Assembly: GCA_052146735.1 (NCBI GenBank)
Contig: JBKQMK010000202.1
Span: forward strand, 4,633-36,632
Direction: 5' to 3'
Length of the DNA stretch: 32,000 nucleotides
DNA from: Desulfomonilaceae bacterium
GTDB lineage: Bacteria > Desulfobacterota > Desulfomonilia > Desulfomonilales > Desulfomonilaceae
Part shown: piece after piece, positions 16,992 to 27,543 of the stretch
How positions within the stretch are numbered: position 1 is the first letter of the stretch
Layout of the letters: every line of letters starts with the position of its first letter
Program-made: the position numbers and the translations under genes
The notes under the pieces: generated by a model
Told to the model about the DNA's origin: nothing
Database searches by the model: none
The model's input: only the letters and a program-made list of their open reading frames with translations

Positions 16992-17750
16992 ATGATTGAA
17001 TTGGACGGAGTCGGCATGTGCTATCCAAGCGGAACCGAGGCACTTCGGCCGACATGCCTCAGATTCTACAAGGGACACTTTACCGTGTTGCTGGGGCCGT
17101 CTGGCGCCGGCAAGTCTACACTGCTCCGCTGTCTCAACTTCCTGACCAGGCCTACGTGCGGTCAGGTAGTCATCGAAGGTCTGGGAAAACTCGACTTCAA
17201 CGCGAGAAAACTGCGACAACTCAGAGGCTTCACCGGCATGATTTTCCAACAGCATCAATTGATATCCGGCCAGAGCGCTTTGAAAAACGTTCTGGTGGGC
17301 CGACTCGGAAAATATAGCTCGTTTCGTAGCCTCTTTCCATTGCCAAGGCGTGAACAGGAGTTCGCGTTGGAATGTCTTGAGCGAGTCGGCCTTCTGGATA
17401 AGGCGCTGGAAAGAGTGGACAACCTTAGCGGAGGCGAGCAACAGCGGGTAGGCATAGCACGAGCACTTGCTCAAAAACCCCAGTTGATTCTCGCAGATGA
17501 ACCGGTCGCAAGCCTCGATCCCGGTACGGCTGACAGCGTGCTTTCACTCCTCCATAAGATAACCAAAGAGGATGTCATTCCCGCAATTGTCAGTCTTCAC
17601 CAGGTGGAATGGGCGAAAAAGTACGCTGACCGAATCATAGGACTGTCAGAAGGAGCTGTAGTGTTTGACGGAAGCCCCCAGAGCCTGTCCTCGGACATGC
17701 TCCAGCAGATATATCACGTGAAAAAAGTGAGGATCCCGGCCGCAGCCTGA
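16992..17750 (+). CDS. ptxA: Phosphonate/phosphite ABC transporter ATP-binding protein (PhnC/PtxA)
   Basis: Walker A GPSGAGKST. FQQHQLISGQSALKNVLVGRLG is a PhnC-type block. Signature LSGGEQQRVGIARAL. Walker B LILADEPVASLD. First gene of an operon that ends with a PtxD homolog. Confidence 0.9.
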   Translation: MIELDGVGMCYPSGTEALRPTCLRFYKGHFTVLLGPSGAGKSTLLRCLNFLTRPTCGQVVIEGLGKLDFNARKLRQLRGFTGMIFQQHQLISGQSALKNVLVGRLGKYSSFRSLFPLPRREQEFALECLERVGLLDKALERVDNLSGGEQQRVGIARALAQKPQLILADEPVASLDPGTADSVLSLLHKITKEDVIPAIVSLHQVEWAKKYADRIIGLSEGAVVFDGSPQSLSSDMLQQIYHVKKVRIPAAA

Positions 17751-17815
17751 GTACGAGTGACGAGACACGATTATCGTATTGGGCTGGAGCCGGACTACCC
17801 TTGACTGCCATCTAG

Positions 17816-18703
<888 letters not shown>

Positions 18704-18724
18704 CGACTGCTGGAGCGCTGTTTC

Positions 18725-19522
18725 ATGAATGAACGTTACGACCGGGTACTAATCGAACAACGGAGGCAATGGTATTATTCGGCACTCCAGATCGCCCTGG
18801 TTGCTCCTGTCATCGCAATCTGTTTCTACTATGTAGGGTTGTTTGATCGGAAACGAGTGCTGGACGGCATACCATCTATATTGAGCCTGATCGCTGAAAG
18901 CCTGCCTCCAAATTTCAGTGACCTGCCCAATTGGTTCAAACCTCTTTTGGACACCTTGGCCATGAGCATTGCGGGCACAGCGATAGCAGTGGGATTATCG
19001 CTGCCGCTGGCCTTGCTCGGAGCACGTAATACGTCTCCACACCCACTGGTGTATCAGTTCACCCGAGGCGTGCTTAACGGATTGCGCTCCGTTCCAGAGC
19101 TGATAATGGGCATCATTTTTGTGGCTGCCGTCGGCTTTGGTGCGTTGCCGGGAGTGCTGGCACTGGGCCTTCACTCAGTGGGAATGGTAGGAAAATTCTT
19201 TGCCGAAGCCATTGAGCATGTGGCAGAGGAACCCGTTGAAGCGGTCAAGGCCGTAGGTGCGCGGCCAATGCAGGTTATTCTTCATGCAGTGCTACCACAG
19301 GTCTCGTCGCAAATAGCAGACGTGTCAATCTACCGGTGGGAGTACAATTTTAGGGCGTCGACGGTGATGGGAATGGTCGGAGCAGGCGGCATCGGTTGTG
19401 AATTGATGAGCGCGTTGCGAATCATGCAATATCAGCACGTATCAGCCATTCTGATCGTTATTCTGCTGATGGTCACATTGGTTGATAGCTTTGGCGCCCA
19501 CCTGAGGCAGCGCTTCAAATAG
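18725..19522 (+). CDS. ptxC: Phosphonate/phosphite ABC transporter permease (PhnE/PtxC)
   Basis: Multi-TM protein with the PhnE-type EAA-loop region LNGLRSVPELIMGIIFVAAVGFGALPGVLALGLHSVGMVGKFFAEAIE. Confidence 0.9.
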   Translation: MNERYDRVLIEQRRQWYYSALQIALVAPVIAICFYYVGLFDRKRVLDGIPSILSLIAESLPPNFSDLPNWFKPLLDTLAMSIAGTAIAVGLSLPLALLGARNTSPHPLVYQFTRGVLNGLRSVPELIMGIIFVAAVGFGALPGVLALGLHSVGMVGKFFAEAIEHVAEEPVEAVKAVGARPMQVILHAVLPQVSSQIADVSIYRWEYNFRASTVMGMVGAGGIGCELMSALRIMQYQHVSAILIVILLMVTLVDSFGAHLRQRFK

Positions 19523-19542
19523 AGCCCAAAAAGGTCTGATGA

Positions 19543-20529
19543 ATGAAACATCGTGTGGTCATAACATCTTGGGTGCACCAGGAGGTGGTCCAGCTATTAG
19601 AGCAATCGTGCGAAGTCATCCCAAATAACGAGCGGGAGCCTCTGACACGTGAGGAAATCTTGCGACGAACACAAGACGCTCATGCCCTTATGGTCTTTAT
19701 GACAGACAGTATAGACGACGATTTCCTGATTGCCTGCCCGAATCTGAAGATTGTGGCCGCGGCTCTCAAGGGCTACGACAATTTCGATGTGGAAAGTTGC
19801 ACGCGGCGCGGCATTTGGTTCACCATTGTGCCGGACCTCCTCACCATTCCTACGGCAGAACTGGCGGTGGGGCTTCTGATCGGTTTGACGCGGAAGATGC
19901 TCGACGGCGACCGCTTCGTCCGGACAGGTCAGTTCAGAGGCTGGCGCCCCAAGCTTTACGGTACGGGTTTGGCCGGCCGATGTGTGGGAATAGTCGGGAT
20001 GGGGGCTTTGGGCCAGGCGGTCGCAAAACGCCTGGCTGGCTTTGAAATGGAATTGCTCTACACAGATCGAGTCCCTTTACCAGAGCGACAAGAACAAGCC
20101 TGGGGCCTCAGTCGCGTTTCTATGGAAAGTCTTTTGGGACGAAGCGATTTTGTGCTCTTATCCGTACCACTGACTCCTGATACCCTTTGCTTTATCGATG
20201 ACAAGGCCCTTGCCAAAATGAGGCCGGGCAGCTTCCTTGTCAATGTATGTCGGGGGTCTGTGGTGGATGAGGAGGCTGTTGTGTCGGCGTTGGCCTCCGG
20301 GCATCTTGCAGGATACGCGGCCGATGTATTCGAGTTCGAAGACTGGGCCAGGAAGGACGCTCCATCGGGTATCTCCCGGTCGCTTCTCGAAGAGGGCACC
20401 ACCTTTTTCACTCCCCACCTCGGTTCGGCTGTGGACGACGTGCGCCGTGAAATTGCATTGGAAGCCGCACGCAACATTCTGCAAGCATTCGCCGGAACCA
20501 AACCCGAGGGTGCCATAAATCGACTATAG
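19543..20529 (+). CDS. ptxD: NAD-dependent phosphite dehydrogenase (PtxD; D-2-hydroxyacid dehydrogenase family)
   Basis: Collinear with the Pseudomonas stutzeri PtxD sequence as I recall it: [56 protein letters not shown] (NAD motif), [10 protein letters not shown] (catalytic Arg), [13 protein letters not shown] (Glu), FTPHLGSA (His). Confidence 0.85.
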   Translation: MKHRVVITSWVHQEVVQLLEQSCEVIPNNEREPLTREEILRRTQDAHALMVFMTDSIDDDFLIACPNLKIVAAALKGYDNFDVESCTRRGIWFTIVPDLLTIPTAELAVGLLIGLTRKMLDGDRFVRTGQFRGWRPKLYGTGLAGRCVGIVGMGALGQAVAKRLAGFEMELLYTDRVPLPERQEQAWGLSRVSMESLLGRSDFVLLSVPLTPDTLCFIDDKALAKMRPGSFLVNVCRGSVVDEEAVVSALASGHLAGYAADVFEFEDWARKDAPSGISRSLLEEGTTFFTPHLGSAVDDVRREIALEAARNILQAFAGTKPEGAINRL

Positions 20530-20802
20530 AATTCGCCAAATATAATGTCCGAGACTGAAGGTAACTCGGCGGGGGGAGCATCTTACAGACCCTGAACGGC
20601 TGTATGGACATCTCGCCTTTCCGCGGCGGACCTGAAGATGCCTGCCCATCTGCTGCTGATCGGATCAAGGGCGGGTATGGAATCCGCCCTCACCACGTAT
20701 TGTGCTACTGTCCTGATACGTCTGCGAATTTTGAGACAGTTTCAGATGCCGGTACCACCGGGAACAAAGCGTCATTTACTTGGAAGCGAAGTGGCATCAA
20801 CC

Positions 20803-21123
20803 TCATTGTTGCTGCCTCCACCAGATTCTGACCCTCGTAGCTACCAGCCAGACGATCCCGAAAACGAACAGCAGAGCGCCCAGACCTGACGACAGCATTA
20901 TGAGAAAACCCATCGCCGCCAGTATAGATGCGAGAATGACGTGGATTCTCAGATCGGTCCTAATCCGTTGTCTCCCCAGTAGTCCATTATCTGAAGCGGT
21001 CACCGCCTGGCTTTGCACCAGGGGGCCGAAACCGTGCTCGTCGCGCCCACAATGAAGACATACTTTTGCTTCCGCTGGTTTATCACCAAAACAGTGCGGA
21101 CACTTAACCATGTCTGCAGACAT
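20803..21123 (-). CDS. Zinc-ribbon (CxxC...CxxC) protein with two C-terminal TM helices
   Basis: SD gaagggag is 8 nt upstream. MSADMVKCPHCFGDKPAEAKVCLHCG is followed by IHVILASILAAMGFLIMLSSGLGALLFVFGIVWLVA. Confidence 0.6.
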   Translation of the reverse strand: MSADMVKCPHCFGDKPAEAKVCLHCGRDEHGFGPLVQSQAVTASDNGLLGRQRIRTDLRIHVILASILAAMGFLIMLSSGLGALLFVFGIVWLVATRVRIWWRQQQ

Positions 21124-21204
21124 AAAATCACTCCCTTCACCAAGCTGGCAGTAAACCTGGGAGAACAGGGCAGGGCGCTAACTCACGCCTCACCATATTA
21201 CCGC

Positions 21205-21624
21205 TTATAATAGGTCCGAGGTGGTTTTGTGCGGTTTCACCGGCTTCTCTTCTTCGACTCTTTTCCGCTGTTTCTGCGCGCGTGGTGGAGGCTTCGCGCG
21301 GCCACCTCTGGCGCGCTCCTCCACAGCTCTGACTCTTGCGGTAGCTACTTCTTCAGTCGGCTCGTCCTTTTTCGTCCTCCGGGCCGACGCCGGCCGGGTT
21401 GCTTCTATCCCCTTTGCCTTTTCTCTCCCCGGCCCCTCGGTAGCATCGCCGAGAATCTGCCGACCAGTTTCATAAAGCATGAATCCGCCCTTTAGAACAG
21501 CCTTCAACACGGGCCTGGTAGCAGACCATGCCAATGGTATAACTAGAGGCGCCGCAAGCAGGCCAGCTCCCACCGCGACGCCAGTCCATAAATCACCTTT
21601 TGGTCTGAAATCCCAAATTGCCAT
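21205..21624 (-). CDS. DUF5132-like small membrane protein, copy A, with a strongly basic C-terminal tail
   Basis: SD gaaggagggg. MAIWDFRPKGDLWTGVAVGAGLLAAPLVIPLAWSATRPVLKAVLKGGFMLYETGRQ has 37/63 N-terminal positions identical to the 27544-27810 protein. The tail is K/R-rich (RRTKKDEP...RAQKQRKRVEEEKPVKPHK). Confidence 0.7.
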   Translation of the reverse strand: MAIWDFRPKGDLWTGVAVGAGLLAAPLVIPLAWSATRPVLKAVLKGGFMLYETGRQILGDATEGPGREKAKGIEATRPASARRTKKDEPTEEVATARVRAVEERARGGRAKPPPRAQKQRKRVEEEKPVKPHKTTSDLL

Positions 21625-21769
21625 TTTCAGCGCCCCTCCTTCTATGCTGTTTTTGACACCGTGGCGCCATCTTCTTGTCTCCCCCTATCCTGAGCCTGTG
21701 GTCTTATCCTCCCGATGTCAAGTTAGAGTTTCATCAACGAGTGATAATTGTGACGCCGAATCAAACCGC

Positions 21770-21952
21770 TCAATCATCGACTGACTCCGTTTCAGCGATC
21801 GAACTTATTTCGCTCGCCGCCTCCTCTATCGTCTTTATCTCCTTCAGAGTAGCCTCATCCAAGAGGCCGTAGGCATCGATGAACTTTTCCAAGTAGTCAA
21901 CGATCACTTTGCCGAGATGCATCCCAACGGAGAGTCCGACCCAAAACTCCAT
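21770..21952 (-). CDS. Small hypothetical protein (60 aa): N-terminal hydrophobic segment and acidic C-terminus
   Basis: GGAGGA lies 8 nt before ATG 21952. MEFWVGLSVGMHLGKVIVDYLEKFIDAYGLLDEATLKEIKTIEEAASEISSIAETESVDD. Confidence 0.45.
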   Translation of the reverse strand: MEFWVGLSVGMHLGKVIVDYLEKFIDAYGLLDEATLKEIKTIEEAASEISSIAETESVDD

Positions 21953-22234
21953 GACGTTTCTCCTCCGGGCCAAACATTCAAGACCGGCCCCATCCTATCT
22001 GTTATTCCCAAGCCCATCAAGCCTCATGAGAATGCCCTTCGGACCGCGACAACCGCCTGCAAGCAAAAACTCCAGAACTGACTGTAATCCCCAAAAATGC
22101 CTCCACATTAACATTTAATTTGTTGCTAATACTCTCCTAACATGTGGTAGGCAATTCTTATAACAGATGCGTGCAACAAGAGCCTCCGTGGAAAGGTTGC
22201 CGCCCTGCTCGTCAAAATCGAAAAGGAGAAACGC

Positions 22235-22606
22235 ATGGGCTACTATCTCCACGAGGTGCCGGGTCGTCTGAGAATACAGATTTCATCTCTGAAGAGAAAT
22301 TCCCAGCGCGCACAGGAGGTTCAGGATCTCCTGGAGGATCTCTCCGGCATCAAATCAACCTCTGTGAACACCGTTACAGGCAGCGTAATAGTTCATTATG
22401 ATCCGGACATCGTGCATTCCAGGACCATTCTGACTCTTCTTTCCCGGGAAGAGTATATTGACGTCGCAAGAGCGGTCTCAAGCCATCAATATGTGGAAAC
22501 AACTCTTTCCAAAGCAGGTCACCTCGCGTCCAAGGCCCTTCTCGGATTTGCGTTGGACCGAGCTTTGCAGGGCTCCCCGCTATCTATTCTCGCCGCTTTC
22601 ATCTAG
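22235..22606 (+). CDS. Stand-alone HMA-like (HMA_2-type, Cys-less) domain protein, copy A
   Basis: SD aaaaggagaaacgc. MGYYLHEVPGRLRIQISSLKRNSQRAQEVQDLLEDLSGIKSTSVNTVTGSVIVHYDPD shares its pattern with the ATPase N-terminus and with the 26994-27515 protein. No CxxC motif. Amphipathic/hydrophobic C-terminus. Confidence 0.7.
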   Translation: MGYYLHEVPGRLRIQISSLKRNSQRAQEVQDLLEDLSGIKSTSVNTVTGSVIVHYDPDIVHSRTILTLLSREEYIDVARAVSSHQYVETTLSKAGHLASKALLGFALDRALQGSPLSILAAFI

Positions 22607-22626
22607 AGTTCGCCAGAAAATATCTG

Positions 22627-22649
22627 AAACCTACCCCACTACTAGGTTT
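22627..22649. terminator. Possible bidirectional hairpin between convergent genes (weak)
   Basis: AAACCTA (22627-22633), a 9-nt loop, then TAGGTTT (22643-22649) followed by t. AT-rich stem. It overlaps the metK-like stop codon. Confidence 0.25.
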
Positions 22650-23832
22650 TGAGAATATCCGCTTTGTCAGTCGCCTCCCACGGCAAGTCCATATCTGTCC
22701 GACCGAAATGACCGTAGGCGGCAAGTCTGCGATAAAATCCTCCCTTAGACTTGGAAGGCAGCCTAATCAAGTCGAACTGTTTGATGATCCCGCCCAGCCT
22801 AAAATCAAAATTCTTTTCCACCAGAGCACTGATTTCATCATCGGAGATCTTGCCCGTTCCCATGGTCTCCACCTGGATGCTCACCGGGCCCGCGAGGCCG
22901 ATTGAATAGCTGAGTTGAACCTCGCACTGGTCAGCCAACCCTGCGGCAACAATGTTCTTGGCTGCGTAGCGGGCTGCATAGGCCCCGACCCTGTCAATTC
23001 TCAACGGATCTTTTCCGCTCAGAGCGGACCCGCCGTTTCTCGAATACCCACCGTATGTGTCAATTGCGTTCTTTCTGCCCGTAAGACCCGAGTGCACGGA
23101 CGGCCCGCCCAATTTCAGAGGACCCCCCGGGTTTATTAATATTCTGGTTTTTTTGTCCGGGCCTATGGGCTCACCCTCAAATACCGCCTGTACAACCGCC
23201 TCCATCACGTCCTCTCGGAGACGCTCCGGTTTGGGGTAGGTCCGATCGTTCTGGCTTGAATTGATCGTGATGCTGTGGATTCTGCGAGGCACTCGATTAC
23301 GGTATTCCACACCGACCTGTGTGGTGCCGTCAGGCGCCAGATACGGCAACACGCCCTGCAGGCGCACTTCGGAAAGTCTTCGCGAAATCTTGTGCGCAAG
23401 CCATATCGGGAGTGGCAAGAGTGTAGGTGATTGATTGCACGCAAAACCGAAAAGAGTGACTTGATCGTATGCCACGATTCCGTCAATGTCTTTCTCGGAA
23501 GCTTCTTTTTCGTCAACCAGACAAGGATGCTCCGGCGTCATTTCTTTTAGGCTGGTTAGTATACTGCACGTTTTAAAGTTGAATTCATGGTCAATGTAGC
23601 CGATTTTTCGGATGACCTTTCTGGCTACGTTCGGAAAGTCCACCTTGACCTCCGATGCAAACCTGGCAGCGATGAAAACCAGGGAGAGCGACACCGCACA
23701 TTCGGCGATAATCCTGGCACAGACGTCACGTTCGAGAAAGCGGTCTACAATAGCATCGCTTATTTGATCGCACAGTTTATCGGGATGTCCTTCGGTAACC
23801 GATTCTGACGTGTGTATGAAGTCTTTTTTCAT
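22642..23832 (-). CDS. metK: S-adenosylmethionine synthetase (MetK) family protein, divergent at several canonical active-site motifs
   Basis: SESVTEGHPDKLCDQISDAI, GLTGRKNAIDTYGG, SGKDPLRIDRVGAYAARYAAKNIVAAGLA and AAYGHFGR are MetK hallmarks. The usual GAGDQG reads VAYDQV. Its ATG overlaps the ATPase stop codon (ATGA at 23829-23832). Confidence 0.88.
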   Translation of the reverse strand: MKKDFIHTSESVTEGHPDKLCDQISDAIVDRFLERDVCARIIAECAVSLSLVFIAARFASEVKVDFPNVARKVIRKIGYIDHEFNFKTCSILTSLKEMTPEHPCLVDEKEASEKDIDGIVAYDQVTLFGFACNQSPTLLPLPIWLAHKISRRLSEVRLQGVLPYLAPDGTTQVGVEYRNRVPRRIHSITINSSQNDRTYPKPERLREDVMEAVVQAVFEGEPIGPDKKTRILINPGGPLKLGGPSVHSGLTGRKNAIDTYGGYSRNGGSALSGKDPLRIDRVGAYAARYAAKNIVAAGLADQCEVQLSYSIGLAGPVSIQVETMGTGKISDDEISALVEKNFDFRLGGIIKQFDLIRLPSKSKGGFYRRLAAYGHFGRTDMDLPWEATDKADILKT

Positions 23833-26800
23833 TTGCTTTGCACCGCTCCGCCTTTCGTGGCTTCAGTAATGAGTAGAGGAGCCAAGGAGGCAACCCCGAT
23901 CACGAGTGCGTCAAAGGCGCCCACCGGGGTTGTACCGAGCAAACTTCTCAGTCCGGGAACAAGGAAAGTGCCCAATTGTAACCCGAGCGAACCGATGACC
24001 GCTATGTTCAGGTACTTGTTGGGAGCCGCTTTCTCCGCATCGAATATGCTGCGGTGTTCCGAACGACAACTTATCGCGTGCAGGATCTGTGATGTCGTAA
24101 GGCTTTGAAACGCTAATGTTCCCGCTGCGGGACCCATGCCGTATCTCATGACCCCGTAGCCGTACGCTGCCAGTGAAGCCGTTGTCATTGTTGCCGCTTC
24201 GAAGGTTATTCTTTTAAAATCCTCCGTTTTGACAATGGGCTCCATAGGGTCCCGGGGGGGCTGGTTCATCACGTCCGGTTCGGCCGGTTCCAGAGCCAAA
24301 GCAAGGCCGGGAAATATATCGGAAACAAGGTTGATCCAGAGTAGTTGCATAGCATTAATGGGGTATCCCAATCCCAGGGCGCCTGCTATGAACATCACCT
24401 GGATTTCGCTGAAATTGGTGGCGAGAAGATAGTGGAGCGTTTTCCTGATATTGTTATAAATGGTTCGGCCATCGCTTATGGCAATAATCAGGGTTTCAAG
24501 GTCATCTTCCTCCAGTACCACGTCAGCCACATCACGAGCCACATCAGTGCCGGCCCGCCCCATGGCTATGCCGACGTCGGCTGCCTTGAGAGCAGGTCCG
24601 TCATTGATACCGTCGCCGGTCATGGCTACAACTTTGCCGGTGCTCTGAAGAGCTTGGACGATCTGGAGCTTGTTCGATGGGCTGACCCTTGAAAAGACGT
24701 GGACCTCGCTGCTCAGGGCTTTCAAGACGGCAGGATCGGTGCTTGTGAGATGTGTCGAATCGAGAATCTCTAATGACCCTCCATTATTAAGCCCCAACTC
24801 TTTGCCTACTGCATAAGCCGTGGGGCTCTGGTCCCCCGTGATCATTACCGTTTCGAGACCGGCCTTATGAAACATTGCGATGGATTCTTTTACCCGTTCC
24901 CTTATAGGGTCGGCCATGCCAACGAGCCCCAGCCAGGTAAAACCATTTTCGTTCTCCAACTGCTCTTCGCCATTCCGGATCGCGTACGCGACGCCAAGGA
25001 CCCGCAAAGCCTTGCCCGCCATCGCGTCATTTTCAGCATCAATGAGGTCTCTGTCTTCGTCACTAAGAGGGACTGTTGTCCCGTCCTTAATTTGATGGCC
25101 GCATTTAGCCAGAACTTCCGCAGGGCTTCCTTTCATAGCAACCAATCTGGTGTTATCCACAGACCCGTGTACAGTGCTCATGAATTGGCGATTATCGGAC
25201 CGGTAGTTAGTATCCATCAACGGGTGCTGCTCTCTCAAAGCGCGAACATCCACACCTGCGCTTATGGCCATGTGAATCAGAGCGTTCTCGGTCGCAGAGC
25301 CGTTCAACACATGTTGGCGCTTCCTCGTCTCTATTTGGGTCTCGTTGCACAGCACGCAGACATGAATAAGTTTCAAGACCTCGTCAGAGTTGCAGGGATC
25401 TAAAGTCCCTGCCGTGCCATAGAAGAGACCCTCCTTTATTTCTATGCGCTCCATCCCGGAATAGATTCTTAGGACCGACATCTTGTTATGCGTTATGGTG
25501 CCAGTCTTGTCGAAACATATCGTCTGGACCGAGCCGAGCGTGCATATTGCATCGAGATTCCGGATCAGGACTTTGTGCCGTCTCATGTTCTTGATCCCGA
25601 GCGCAAGCGTGGTCGTTGCAACAGCCGGCAGACCTTCCGGAACAGCCGCAACCGCAAGAGAAATTGCCGTCTTCAACATCTGGAGAAACCCGTTCCCGCG
25701 GACGAGGCCGATGAAGAAAACTAACCCGCAAACAGCGCCGGAGATTAAAACCAGTTGATCGCCTATTGTGCTTAACTGTCTCTCAATGGGCGTCTCAGGG
25801 GCTTCGGCCTCGCCAACAAGGCACTGGATTTTCCCCATTTCTGACAATCGACCGATGGCTACCACAACTCCCAGGCCCTGGCCTCCTGTAATCAAGGTGC
25901 CCGAGTAGATCATGTTGGTGCGATCTGCAAGAGGAATCCTTGAGCCTTTGAGCGGCAATGCAATCTTGCTAACAGGCATGCTTTCGCCTGTGAGCACCGA
26001 TTCGTCGGCAGTCAAATGACCGGCCTCCACCAGCCTCGCGTCGGCAGTGACGTAGGTCCCGGGCTTGAGCACAAGAATGTCTCCCACCAGAACCTGCTCC
26101 GCGGGTATTTCCAGCGAGCTTCCATCTCGCATTACCTGGGCGTAAGGGCGGATCAGCTTCTTCAGTGAATTAATGGTCTTTTCTGCCTCACTTTCTGTAA
26201 CATAGCCAATTACCGCGTTGATGCCAACCACGGCCATAATTACAACGGCGTCAGCCAGGCCCCCGGTAACCACGGAGAGGCCGGCAGCGGCAGCCAGCAA
26301 CCCAACGGGGAGAGACATGAACTGGTCGATAAAGATCGCCCACTTGGAGCGAGAAAGCGCCTCAGGGACAACATTGAGGCCGTATTTGCTAAGGCTGGTC
26401 TTGGCTGCTTCGGCTGACAGTCCTTTTTTCTTTGAGGAATTCAGCGACGCAAGCACGAATTTGGCGTCCATTAAGTGCCAGGGCTTGGTCTCCTGCTCTC
26501 TCGTAGCAAGAAAATACGGCTCATCTTTCTTGCCGCGGGTGACCCTGAGCTCGGTTACACGGGCGGGGACGCTCTGTGGAAAAAGGCCCGAACCATTCTC
26601 TCCCTGAGACGCTTCTAGCTCTTGCTGGTAAGTTACAGCGATCTGCTCCACGTGCGAAGCGATCTTGCGGGGGTTGCAGTCGGGATCAAAGGTAATAAGG
26701 ACGTTTCCGGTCAGAATGTTGGCAGAAACTTCACCCACCTCCGGGACTTCCAAAAGCAACATTTCCAGTCGGTATTTGAGTGACACTGAACGGTAGAGGC

Positions 26801-26855
26801 CCCTGACCCTGTACCTCCCTCTACCTCTGACGGAGCTATGGATTTGTTTCACCAA
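23829..26855 (-). CDS. P2-type (SERCA-like) cation-transporting P-type ATPase with an N-terminal Cys-less HMA-like domain
   Basis: ICFDKTGTITHN (phosphorylation site), AVAAVPEGLPAVATTTLALG (TM4 PEGLP), MITGDQ, TGDGINDGPALKAADVGIAMG, TM5 YLLATNFSEI, TM6 LLWINLVSDIFPGLALALEP. The N-terminal ~75 aa (IHSSVRGRGRYRVRGLYRSVSLKYRLEMLLLEVPEVGEVSANILTGNVLITFDPD) parallel the stand-alone HMA-like proteins. The start is TTG 26855 or GTG 26852. Confidence 0.92.
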   Translation of the reverse strand: MVKQIHSSVRGRGRYRVRGLYRSVSLKYRLEMLLLEVPEVGEVSANILTGNVLITFDPDCNPRKIASHVEQIAVTYQQELEASQGENGSGLFPQSVPARVTELRVTRGKKDEPYFLATREQETKPWHLMDAKFVLASLNSSKKKGLSAEAAKTSLSKYGLNVVPEALSRSKWAIFIDQFMSLPVGLLAAAAGLSVVTGGLADAVVIMAVVGINAVIGYVTESEAEKTINSLKKLIRPYAQVMRDGSSLEIPAEQVLVGDILVLKPGTYVTADARLVEAGHLTADESVLTGESMPVSKIALPLKGSRIPLADRTNMIYSGTLITGGQGLGVVVAIGRLSEMGKIQCLVGEAEAPETPIERQLSTIGDQLVLISGAVCGLVFFIGLVRGNGFLQMLKTAISLAVAAVPEGLPAVATTTLALGIKNMRRHKVLIRNLDAICTLGSVQTICFDKTGTITHNKMSVLRIYSGMERIEIKEGLFYGTAGTLDPCNSDEVLKLIHVCVLCNETQIETRKRQHVLNGSATENALIHMAISAGVDVRALREQHPLMDTNYRSDNRQFMSTVHGSVDNTRLVAMKGSPAEVLAKCGHQIKDGTTVPLSDEDRDLIDAENDAMAGKALRVLGVAYAIRNGEEQLENENGFTWLGLVGMADPIRERVKESIAMFHKAGLETVMITGDQSPTAYAVGKELGLNNGGSLEILDSTHLTSTDPAVLKALSSEVHVFSRVSPSNKLQIVQALQSTGKVVAMTGDGINDGPALKAADVGIAMGRAGTDVARDVADVVLEEDDLETLIIAISDGRTIYNNIRKTLHYLLATNFSEIQVMFIAGALGLGYPINAMQLLWINLVSDIFPGLALALEPAEPDVMNQPPRDPMEPIVKTEDFKRITFEAATMTTASLAAYGYGVMRYGMGPAAGTLAFQSLTTSQILHAISCRSEHRSIFDAEKAAPNKYLNIAVIGSLGLQLGTFLVPGLRSLLGTTPVGAFDALVIGVASLAPLLITEATKGGAVQSK

Positions 26856-26993
26856 CTCGGTTAGCCTCTAAGGCGCAACAGTACACTTCCGCGCCGGAAC
26901 GCAGTACGTCACGCCGAAATTTGCCCTCTGCTTCATCAAAAAGGGGTTTAAGTTAATCTATTTATCGCAACACCGAGGGTTGGGACGTGGATA

Positions 26994-27515
26994 TCAATCT
27001 CCGTCCGCATCATCAAGTTCTGCCCCCAGATCTTCCCCCTCGTCCCATTCATCGATCTGCGCTCGAGTAAATACGCCAAGCGCGTAGTAGAAAGCTGTGT
27101 ACCATGCGGGCATGGCCAAATTTCCTCGCGCAATCTGCCAGATCCCGGAAGTTACCAAACTCACAAAAATCAGGCTGGGGATATCTACTTCGCCGCCGGT
27201 CAAATGCTTGAGGCTTTGGTTATACCCCTGAAAAGTATCAGCCACGTTGCCAAACAGACTCTTCCGGCGCGGGGCGGATCGCTTCAAGAGAAACAAGTTA
27301 TGTTCCCTGGCAAACTCGACTATGGTCTTCCTTTGACATTCGTAGGAAATCAGGGCGCTCCCCGTCTGCGGATTCACCCTGATTTCGCCCACGCCGGGAC
27401 AGCCTGAAAGTCGCTCCCGCAGAGTGGAAAAATAGGAAACCTCTCCCCTCTTGGAAGGAATTTTGATCCTGAGCCTACGGGCCATCCCATGGGACACATG
27501 AGCATCGGGAATCAT
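26994..27515 (-). CDS. HMA-like (HMA_2-type, Cys-less) domain protein, copy B, with C-terminal TM segments and an acidic tail
   Basis: SD aagggaggg. HVSHGMARRLRIKIPSKRGEVSYFSTLRERLSGCPGVGEIRVNPQTGSALISYE, then IPSLIFVSLVTSGIWQIA and AWYTAFYYALGVF, ending DEWDEGEDLGAELDDADGD. Confidence 0.7.
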   Translation of the reverse strand: MIPDAHVSHGMARRLRIKIPSKRGEVSYFSTLRERLSGCPGVGEIRVNPQTGSALISYECQRKTIVEFAREHNLFLLKRSAPRRKSLFGNVADTFQGYNQSLKHLTGGEVDIPSLIFVSLVTSGIWQIARGNLAMPAWYTAFYYALGVFTRAQIDEWDEGEDLGAELDDADGD

Positions 27516-27543
27516 TCGCCCTCCCTTTGCGATGTCTGATCCT

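Noticed and set aside
20668-20690. Hairpin AGGGCGG, 9-nt loop, CCGCCCT between ptxD and the convergent zinc-ribbon gene, considered as a terminator.
   Set aside because: It is only a 7-bp stem, with no U-tract on either strand, and lies 140 nt from the ptxD stop. The evidence is too weak to call.
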